Shown here piece by piece: positions 27,055-34,231 of a stretch of DNA of 64,000 nucleotides. The stretch's first letter is position 1. Every line of letters begins with the position of its first letter. The DNA is from a virus (lineage: Duplodnaviria > Caudoviricetes). Both the position numbers and the translations under genes were made by a program. The notes beneath the pieces are model-generated. The model worked only from the letters and a program-made list of their open reading frames with translations, was not told the DNA's origin and did no database searches. The stretch spans positions 20,425-84,424 of the IMG/VR virus record IMGVR_UViG_3300010362_000012. One strand, given 5' to 3'.

Positions 27055-28233
27055 TCACGATGTCGATGGTTGCCAGCAACCTTGCACGGTAACGCCCAGG
27101 CCGATCGAGTCCTGACTGCAGCGTTGGACGGCTTCGTCGCTGCAGGCGTCGCGCGTGTATTCGTACGGGACCGTTTCCCAGAGACAGAGCACCGGACGGC
27201 CACGGCGGCGACTCGCGTCGTGGAACCAGTCCGGTGCGCTGATCGACGGCGCAGTCGCGTTCGGATGCGTCAGGTTGCTGCTATCGATGAAGCCCTGCGC
27301 GAGCGGCATCGGCGTGCCGGGCGGCAGGAAGCGGTCGCAGATCTCGATCCAGCGATCCCACCAGCGCGGCTTGCCGTGCGCGTCGAGGCCCGGTCCCCCA
27401 CTGACGTAGGCGGGGCCGTTGTTGCCGTGATCGGTCTGATAGAGCAAGCCGTCGATCTCCACGCCAGCGCTCTTGTAGTACGCGCCCTGTTCGTCGCCTT
27501 CGTACGGATCCTCGACCTCGAGCCAGGCGCCTTCGTCGGGATTCTGATCGCTTTGCTTCCAATAGAGCTCGGTCGGGTTCCAGTCGGGCGTGGTTGGCTT
27601 GTTCGGTTTGTAGCTGCCCCAGTAGCCGGCCGGCGTGCAGCGCGTCGGCTGCAGCCAGAGCGCGAGCAGCCCGTCGTCGCCGACGTGTGATCGCATCAGC
27701 TTCAGCGCGTCGTCCATGTTCTTGCAGTTGTACGCGCCGCCCCGATCGAGATTCTGCTCGTAGCCGGCGCAGTACCACGCATCCTTCGCCAGGTGCGCGA
27801 CGGCGTCGAGGGTCCGCGCCATCTGCCCGTTGTAAATTTCCTGATGGGTGCCTCCGTCCGCGGTGCCGACGAGAATGATCGGCGTGAAGCCCTCCGCGAC
27901 GATGTAGTCACAGAGTGCGCCGTAGTCGGCGAGATTGGTGCGGAAATCGTAGGTCGCGCCCGCCATGTAGCCGGGATAGCCGCCCTGCACGGCGAGCTGG
28001 ATGGCATTCACGCCGAGTGATCGCTTAACCTCGAGGCAGCGATCGAGTCGCGTGAAATCGCGGCTCTGCCACCACACGCCGAAGTAAATCGGATCGAACA
28101 CGACCTCGTCTTCATCATCGCGATGACTGCAGTAGCTCGCCAGAAAATTGCGCCGGTCGCGCGGTGGCCGCGGGACTGTCATGGCCGCGCTGTTGATCAC
28201 GAGGGCCGTCTCTACGCGCGTGAGCGTTCGCAT
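27055..28233 (-). CDS. TIM-barrel glycoside-hydrolase-like protein (clan GH-A pattern), candidate endolysin
   Basis: GVNAIQL, GFTPIILVG, putative acid/base GYEQN, putative nucleophile RPVLCLWET. Confidence 0.55.
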   Translation of the reverse strand: MRTLTRVETALVINSAAMTVPRPPRDRRNFLASYCSHRDDEDEVVFDPIYFGVWWQSRDFTRLDRCLEVKRSLGVNAIQLAVQGGYPGYMAGATYDFRTNLADYGALCDYIVAEGFTPIILVGTADGGTHQEIYNGQMARTLDAVAHLAKDAWYCAGYEQNLDRGGAYNCKNMDDALKLMRSHVGDDGLLALWLQPTRCTPAGYWGSYKPNKPTTPDWNPTELYWKQSDQNPDEGAWLEVEDPYEGDEQGAYYKSAGVEIDGLLYQTDHGNNGPAYVSGGPGLDAHGKPRWWDRWIEICDRFLPPGTPMPLAQGFIDSSNLTHPNATAPSISAPDWFHDASRRRGRPVLCLWETVPYEYTRDACSDEAVQRCSQDSIGLGVTVQGCWQPSTS

Positions 28234-28237
28234 CGCT

Positions 28238-28498
28238 TCACCCTTTCGGCTTGTCGTGATCTCTCGGCACGGCGATGACCTTCGTCGCGGCGGAAATCAA
28301 GGGTTGCAGTTGCTCGGCCATCGCGCGTTCTGTCGCGCCGGCGAAAATCATGATCGCGAGATTTTCCGGAAATCCCGCGTGGACATCTGAGCGCACGTGA
28401 ATCGGTTTTCCGTCGCGGAGCCGCTTCAGGTTCTCGTACGACAGTCCGAGCACGATGATCTGTTTACCATCGTCGCCAGTCGCAAGGGCCGTGATCAT
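28238..28498 (-). CDS. Hypothetical protein
   Basis: Coupled operon; normal composition. Confidence 0.65.
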   Translation of the reverse strand: MITALATGDDGKQIIVLGLSYENLKRLRDGKPIHVRSDVHAGFPENLAIMIFAGATERAMAEQLQPLISAATKVIAVPRDHDKPKG

Positions 28499-28842
28499 AC
28501 GTTCGGCCAGTCGGTGGCGAGCGGAATCAGAAAGGCCTTGCCGCCGACGATCGGGCGGTAGACGAGCCAGTTGCCGCTCGGTTTCGCGAGCTCGTACGCG
28601 CCGTTCGCGCCCGATTCGCGCGCTTGCAGCGTGCCATCGGGTTGCACACTGAGCACGTCGCCGACTTCGGCCGGCGATCCGTCGCCGCGCCTGATCGTGG
28701 GATCATCGTCGATCGTCACCGTGACGTAGCCGTCGAACTGCTCGACGCATTTGTCTTTCGCGACCGCCTCGATCGCGCGCGGCGCGGCCTCGGCTGCCGT
28801 GGTCGCGTCATCGGTCGGTTTCGGAGCGGCGTGCTTCGTCAT
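28495..28842 (-). CDS. Small protein with fascin/beta-trefoil-like segment
   Basis: VLSVQPDGTLQAR...GAYE...GNWLVYRP. Confidence 0.55.
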   Translation of the reverse strand: MTKHAAPKPTDDATTAAEAAPRAIEAVAKDKCVEQFDGYVTVTIDDDPTIRRGDGSPAEVGDVLSVQPDGTLQARESGANGAYELAKPSGNWLVYRPIVGGKAFLIPLATDWPNV

Positions 28843-29141
28843 GCGGCACTTCCTCTGGCTTCGCGGGCCGCTTGCGCGGCGCGCCGTTTGTTGTCGTCCC
28901 ACACGTCGCGGCGTGGCGCGTCCAGCACCATCCGCTTCCAGTCATCGCGATCGGCCGACACGCGGGTGAGTTCCTCGTCATGGTGCTGGTTCAGCATGTC
29001 GATCACTTCGCGATGTTGCCAGCCGAAGATCCACCACTTTTTCCAGCCGCCGATCAGGATCGCGATGAGGATGCCCAGCAGGCCCGTCTCGTGCAGCACT
29101 TGCCACGCATCGCGGACGGGTCGTTCGGACAGTTGCATCAC
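28839..29141 (-). CDS. Holin-like membrane protein
   Basis: One TM (GLLGILIAILIGGW), WWIFGW, then coiled coil ADRDDWKRM. Confidence 0.5.
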   Translation of the reverse strand: MMQLSERPVRDAWQVLHETGLLGILIAILIGGWKKWWIFGWQHREVIDMLNQHHDEELTRVSADRDDWKRMVLDAPRRDVWDDNKRRAAQAAREARGSAA

Positions 29142-29168
29142 CGCCCCGGCTGATCGTACCGCGCATTG

Positions 29169-29318
29169 TCAATGCACGTCGCGGTCGCACATTTCCGCCA
29201 CACGCTTGCGCGTCATGAGCACGCGGAGCTCCGAGTCGCGACTCCCCCGCCGCGCGCGCCACCAGACGACGAGCCCGATCACGATCGCGCTGTTGAACAT
29301 CCAGAGGGCGATGGTCAT
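29169..29318 (-). CDS. 49-aa single-TM peptide
   Basis: MTIALWMFNSAIVIGLVVWWRARRG...; ATGA coupling; GGAG RBS. Confidence 0.5.
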   Translation of the reverse strand: MTIALWMFNSAIVIGLVVWWRARRGSRDSELRVLMTRKRVAEMCDRDVH

Positions 29319-29578
29319 GTGTCTTCTCCGTATCGGCCGCGCCGGCCGGCGCTGACGGCCCCGACCGGAAAAGGGGCTGGACTGAAGGGCGCGATCGGAT
29401 CCGGGAGCGGCGGCAGATCATCCGGAACCGCCGCGTCCGCGCAGACGGGACAACGCACGAGCGCGCGCGTGACCTGGTGCATCCGGATCTCGACCATCGC
29501 GTCCCCGCGCCGGATCTTGGCGCGGCATCGGCCGCAGAAGCGATTGCGGGTTGCCCGGACCCACTGGCGCGTCGTCAC
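29315..29578 (-). CDS. Zn-finger hypothetical protein
   Basis: CGRC...CPVC; GTGA overlap with the rep stop. Confidence 0.55.
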   Translation of the reverse strand: MTTRQWVRATRNRFCGRCRAKIRRGDAMVEIRMHQVTRALVRCPVCADAAVPDDLPPLPDPIAPFSPAPFPVGAVSAGRRGRYGEDT

Positions 29579-30285
29579 CGCACACCCATCGCGGCGTGCA
29601 AGCTCTCGCGTTCGAGCTCGACGCGATTCACGGCGTACTCGGCGGCCAACTTCGCCCGACACTCCGCCGGTGACCGGCAGGGCGGGTCGTGACCCAGGCA
29701 GCGTCCTAAGCGCAGTTTCATCACTTCGGCCGCTCGGTTCCGGTCGTCTCTGGTGATGCGGGGGGTTGTTTCGGGGGGGTCCCCCCTTTTAAGGGGGGTA
29801 GGGGGGTTCTTAGTATTTAGATCTGTACAGATCGATCTGTTACGTGCGGGGACTCTAGAGTCCCCCTGAAACCCCACTTCAAGTCCCTCTGAACGCCCTT
29901 TCAGAGGGATCGTAGAGTCCCCCTGCTCGGCCAGAGGGACTGTAGAGTCCTCCTGCTTGGGAGCCTCCCGAAAGTAGTCGATCCCGACGAGCTCGATCAG
30001 GAGCGCGGCATTTTTCCCGTCGCGCCGGCGTTCGGTCGTGCGGATGGCGTCGATGTCGCGCAGATGATCGAGCGCGCGGGCGATCGTGCGGACGGACTTG
30101 CAGCCCAGTTCCGCGGCGAGTCGCTGGCGATCGGGATGAAAGGTGCGATGGCGATAGCCGTAGGTGGACGCGAGATGACTGTACAGGTGGGCGGCGAGGG
30201 GTTTACCGCGGCATTGTTTGATCACCCACTGGTACGTCCGTCCCCACTGCGGCTCGCGGCGCGGGGGGTCAGCAGTGTCGGTCAT
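29575..30285 (-). CDS. Phage replication initiator (winged HTH, lambda O/DnaD-like)
   Basis: HPDRQRLAAELGCKSVRTIARALDHL HTH; PPTPLKRG linker; internal iterons. Confidence 0.7.
   Translation of the reverse strand: MTDTADPPRREPQWGRTYQWVIKQCRGKPLAAHLYSHLASTYGYRHRTFHPDRQRLAAELGCKSVRTIARALDHLRDIDAIRTTERRRDGKNAALLIELVGIDYFREAPKQEDSTVPLAEQGDSTIPLKGRSEGLEVGFQGDSRVPARNRSICTDLNTKNPPTPLKRGDPPETTPRITRDDRNRAAEVMKLRLGRCLGHDPPCRSPAECRAKLAAEYAVNRVELERESLHAAMGVR
29807..29955. promoter_or_regulatory. Putative replication origin inside rep
   Basis: Three full and one partial 20-bp repeats (minus strand CAGRRGGACTCTA..RTCCC, first two 30 bp apart) next to an AT-rich tract. Confidence 0.65.
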
Positions 30286-30564
30286 GCTTGACCGGTGTGC
30301 AGCGAACAAGGCTGTCCGCCGATACGGAAAGTGCCAGGCGTGCCACACCTGTGGGCCATGTGCGCGGCAGATGCCGCCTGAGAGGCGGCGATGGGGGTCC
30401 GGCGGCGAGTGGAGGGGACCAGCCGGGACCGTAAACACCTAGCCGAAACTCGCGAGTTGCACACGTTACCGCTCCGTTTCATGGAAAGAAACTGGGTTAT
30501 TTACCAGTTATTTTTCGGCTGACACAACCCCTTGGGGCGAAGACATTGGCGGGCACAATACCAC

Positions 30565-30629
30565 AATCCTGACTCAATGTCAGATTGTCCGGTACTGTTG
30601 TTAATTCGTGTTATAGAATCTGACTCACT
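30565..30629 (+). promoter_or_regulatory. Operator repeats and -10 upstream of the RHH gene
   Basis: AATCCTGAC / GTCAGATT inverted pair plus AATCTGAC; TAGAAT at 30614. Confidence 0.5.
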
Positions 30630-30824
30630 ATGGCGCGTAACACCTCGCGTAAGACCCTCTACCTCCGACTGGAAGCCGAACTGCTCGACAAGGTCGATGC
30701 GTTGGCTGCCGAAGGCGACCGTTCGCGAACAGCTCAGGTTAGGCGGATGTTGCTACGCGAACTGAAGCGGTTGACTCGGACGCCAGAGACGCCATCGCCG
30801 GCTGAAGGCGCGAGCGCAGCGTGA
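30630..30824 (+). CDS. Ribbon-helix-helix regulator
   Basis: KTLYLRL-EAELLDKVDALA...RSRTAQVRRML. Confidence 0.75.
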   Translation: MARNTSRKTLYLRLEAELLDKVDALAAEGDRSRTAQVRRMLLRELKRLTRTPETPSPAEGASAA

Positions 30825-30827
30825 TCC

Positions 30828-31340
30828 GTGCGCGGGTGGGAACGCGTCACGCCGACCGATCTCGCCCGCCTCGCCGCGCCGAAACAAAGGCCTGCTGAGG
30901 CACGGCAGAAGTACCGCGCCGAGCCCTGCATCGTCACACCTGACGGCACGCTATTCACCGCGGCCGACATCACCACCGCAGAATTCGCTCAGCAACGCAT
31001 CGGCACGGGCACGCTGAAAGAACGCGCCGCGCGCTGCGCGATCGTCGGCCTCTGGTTCGCCTCGACGAAGGAAGGCCGGCGCTATCTCGAGCTCAAGCGG
31101 CTCGAGCAGGCGAAGGCGATCAGCGATCTGCAGTGCCAGGTCGAATACGATCTCACCGTCGTGTCGATCGTCGATGGCCGCACGCACGTCGTCGGCAAGT
31201 GGATCGCGGATTTCGTGTATCGTCGCGCCGGCGAGGTCGCGTTCGTGACCGAAGACACGAAGGGCGTGAAGACGAAGCTCTATCGACGATCGCGCCGCCA
31301 CTTCGAAGCGCAGTACGGGATGCCGATCCTCGAAACATGA
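30828..31340 (+). CDS. DUF1064-family PD-(D/E)XK-like protein
   Basis: FASTKEGRRYLELK, LQCQVEYDL, IADFVY, VTEDTKGVKT. Confidence 0.8.
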   Translation: MRGWERVTPTDLARLAAPKQRPAEARQKYRAEPCIVTPDGTLFTAADITTAEFAQQRIGTGTLKERAARCAIVGLWFASTKEGRRYLELKRLEQAKAISDLQCQVEYDLTVVSIVDGRTHVVGKWIADFVYRRAGEVAFVTEDTKGVKTKLYRRSRRHFEAQYGMPILET

Positions 31341-31456
31341 GCGCCAATGACCGCGACGAGATTCTCTGTCCACGTTGCAACCGTTGGACGTGGCATCACG
31401 GCTGGTGCGTACACTGTTTCGTCTTGATCACCAGGCGGATCACGAGCCGATCATGA
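31337..31456 (+). CDS. 39-aa Cys/His-rich peptide
   Basis: CPRC..W..HHGWCVHC; ATGA overlaps at both ends. Confidence 0.45.
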   Translation: MSANDRDEILCPRCNRWTWHHGWCVHCFVLITRRITSRS

Positions 31457-33012
31457 CGACGCTCGGCTGGGTGCCGGAATTTCGCTGCTGTTTTTGCGAC
31501 AGCGAATTCATTCAGCGCACGGTGGACCGCGTCGCCGCCTGGGCGTGCCCGACCGACGAGTGTTTCGAGCGCCAACTCGCGTACAAACAGCTCACCACCG
31601 ACAAGCGGCTGTTTTTTCTGCCGCTGCCGAAGCAAGTCGAGCTCCTCGACGCGATCGAATCGCAGCAGTACGCGGCGATCGCCATCGGCGGGCATCGGAA
31701 TTCGGCGAAATCGCATCTGTTACGGATGGTCGCGTATCGCTACTGCGGCAAATTCGAGAATTTCAGCGTGTTGTTCCTGCGGCGCACCATGCCGGAGCTG
31801 CGCCTGAATCACATGCGCTACGCGATCCGCGAAACCAAGCAGATCGGCGCGAAGTACATGACCAACTCAGTCGTCTGGGACAACGACAGCGAGCTGACGT
31901 GGGGGAGTTGCTTCGAACCCGATGCCTACAAGGCCTACATCGGCGGCGACGTCGATTTGATCGTCTTCGATCAGCTCGAGGAATTCGAACAGACCCAATT
32001 TGTCGAGATCATGCCCTCGACGGGCCGCACGCGGAAGCGATCGACCTGGCGCGGCCTCGTCCTGGCCGGCGAAAACCCTGGCGGTCCGCTTTCGGCGTTC
32101 GTCGAGGAGATGTTCATCGACAAAACGTTCGATCGCACGAAATTTCCGGACTGGGATCCGTCGCAGTACCACTTCGTGGCCGCGAAACTCGAGGACAACC
32201 CATACGCGGACCCGCGGTACGTGCAAAACCTGGCCGGGCTCTCACCGGAGCGGCGCGCGATGTTCCGCTTCGGCCGGCGCGACGTGTTCCCGCGCCAATA
32301 TTTCAAAACCTTCGTCCGGCACGACCGCGTGCAGCACATCGATGTGCCGCACGACGTCCCGCGCCTCTGCGGCCTGCACTGGGGCTTTTTCCGACCGGGG
32401 ATCATGCTTTGGGCGGTCGTCCTGCCCGACGGGCGGCTCTACATCGAGCGCGAGCACACGTTCAACGAAACGGTCGCGAGCGATGTCGCCAAAGCGATCA
32501 GCCTGATCAACGCGCAATCGAAATTGACGATGAGCCAGGTGTGGGGCAACCCGCTGAAGACCGTTCCCGATGATGAAATCGGCGAGCACACGTTCGAAAC
32601 GCTCTACCTGCACGGCGTGCCGGTGATCCGGTCCGATCACGATCCGATCAACGGGTGGCAACGACTCCAGCACTGGTTCCAGCCGATGATCACGCCGGCC
32701 GGCGAGCAGCCGGCGCTGATTGTGAGTCCGGACTGCTCGACGCTCATCCGGACCGTGCCGCAGCTCCTGCAGGCGACGGCGAATCCCGAAGATCTCGACG
32801 ATGACGGACCGGTGCAGGCGGCCAAGGCGCTGCGCTATCTCGTGATGTCGCGGCCGGAACCGCCGGGCGTCGCGCCGAAACCGGAGGGACGCGATCTGTC
32901 GAAGCTCGACGAGCGCACGCGCGCGGAGATTGAATACCTGCGTTCCGTCGAGCGCGACGAGCCGCGGGAGGTCGCAGCCTACAGCCTCGGCGACTTCTGG
33001 GGGACCACATGA
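31453..33012 (+). CDS. terL: Terminase large subunit; nuclease residues substituted
   Basis: Walker A GGHRNSAKS, FLRRTMPEL, Walker B LIVFDQ, coupling motif ENPGG, AKLEDNPY, C-terminal ALRY; upstream of portal. Confidence 0.88.
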   Translation: MTTLGWVPEFRCCFCDSEFIQRTVDRVAAWACPTDECFERQLAYKQLTTDKRLFFLPLPKQVELLDAIESQQYAAIAIGGHRNSAKSHLLRMVAYRYCGKFENFSVLFLRRTMPELRLNHMRYAIRETKQIGAKYMTNSVVWDNDSELTWGSCFEPDAYKAYIGGDVDLIVFDQLEEFEQTQFVEIMPSTGRTRKRSTWRGLVLAGENPGGPLSAFVEEMFIDKTFDRTKFPDWDPSQYHFVAAKLEDNPYADPRYVQNLAGLSPERRAMFRFGRRDVFPRQYFKTFVRHDRVQHIDVPHDVPRLCGLHWGFFRPGIMLWAVVLPDGRLYIEREHTFNETVASDVAKAISLINAQSKLTMSQVWGNPLKTVPDDEIGEHTFETLYLHGVPVIRSDHDPINGWQRLQHWFQPMITPAGEQPALIVSPDCSTLIRTVPQLLQATANPEDLDDDGPVQAAKALRYLVMSRPEPPGVAPKPEGRDLSKLDERTRAEIEYLRSVERDEPREVAAYSLGDFWGTT

Positions 33013-33386
33013 ACGAAATCGAAGCGATGCGCGACATGCGCGTGCGGCGGCTCGAGGCACACATTAGGCGCGTGCTCGATACGTTGCGCGACACGATTCA
33101 ACTGGAGCGCGTGTCAGACGAAGATGGCTACGACATGCGCGTCCACTTCACCGACGACAGTGCGCGCGTGATTGCCCCGCTCATCCTGGCAGCCGAGATG
33201 TTGGGCGAGTTCAAGCCGAAGCACTTCGCCGCGCTGCGGACGGTGATCCTCGACTACATCGGCAAGTCGGGCTACGTCGAGGAATTCCATCGCGTGATCC
33301 AGGGCGACACGGTCACGATCGAAGAACTGATGCTGCTGATCATGACGACGGCCGATCATGCCGAACTGATCGAGCAGCAGCCATGA
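33009..33386 (+). CDS. Hypothetical protein
   Basis: ATGA coupling. Confidence 0.65.
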   Translation: MNEIEAMRDMRVRRLEAHIRRVLDTLRDTIQLERVSDEDGYDMRVHFTDDSARVIAPLILAAEMLGEFKPKHFAALRTVILDYIGKSGYVEEFHRVIQGDTVTIEELMLLIMTTADHAELIEQQP

Positions 33387-33856
33387 AGAAGATCACCGAC
33401 GGTGTCTACCAGGACGACGCCGGCGCGATGCATCTCGTCATCGAGGAGATGCTTGATGCGGCAGGATACGCCGACACGCGCGAGAATCGCGAGACACTGA
33501 CGCGCGCGGCCATCGAGCGCGTACGCGAGACGTGGCCGCAGGTGGCGATCAGGGTCGATGACGAGCCCGACGTGACGCGTGTAGCCGTCTTCCACTGTCC
33601 GCGCTGCGGCCACAAGTCGGACGCGATCGGCTCGAGCGACGGATCGGTCGGCACCCCAGGACCGGGCGACGTCTGCGGGTGCCTCGCGTGCGGATTGCCG
33701 ATGGTCTTCGACGTCGATCCGCTGACGGGCCTGCTGCGCCTGCGAACGATGATTCGCGCGGAATTCGACGCGCTGAGCGACCATCAGCAGCGCGAACTGA
33801 TGCGCGTGAGTGCCTTCGCGCAGCAGGTGTTTCAACCGTCCAAGCGGATGAATTGA
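33383..33856 (+). CDS. Zn-ribbon hypothetical protein
   Basis: CPRC...CLAC. Confidence 0.65.
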   Translation: MKKITDGVYQDDAGAMHLVIEEMLDAAGYADTRENRETLTRAAIERVRETWPQVAIRVDDEPDVTRVAVFHCPRCGHKSDAIGSSDGSVGTPGPGDVCGCLACGLPMVFDVDPLTGLLRLRTMIRAEFDALSDHQQRELMRVSAFAQQVFQPSKRMN

Positions 33857-33879
33857 CGTCGGGTGTACGATTCGAGGGC

Positions 33880-34230
33880 ATGTGGGGCGCTCGCCTCAAG
33901 ATGCTCGAGGATCTCGCCGCTGAACGCGCCCGCCGTGAGGAACTGACCCGCCGCGTCGAGACGCAACAAACGACCATCGCCTTCCTCTGCGCGCGCGTCA
34001 ATCAGCTCGAGACGGAACGCGCGCTGCTGCTGAAGCAGATTCTGAACATCGACATCCCGGTCCCGACCCTCCAGGTGACGCCGGCCGCGACGCCCGCGAG
34101 TAGCGCGAGCGATCTGCTCGAGCAGATCTCCGCGATGGGGATTTTCGAAGACAACCCCGCGCACGCGCCCGCCGGCTGGCATCCGGATGGGACGGTGAAT
34201 TACGGACGACTCCCGGCGCCGGCGAGGTGA
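33880..34230 (+). CDS. Coiled-coil protein upstream of portal
   Basis: GAGG RBS; heptads LETERALLLKQIL. Confidence 0.65.
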   Translation: MWGARLKMLEDLAAERARREELTRRVETQQTTIAFLCARVNQLETERALLLKQILNIDIPVPTLQVTPAATPASSASDLLEQISAMGIFEDNPAHAPAGWHPDGTVNYGRLPAPAR

Positions 34231-34231
34231 T

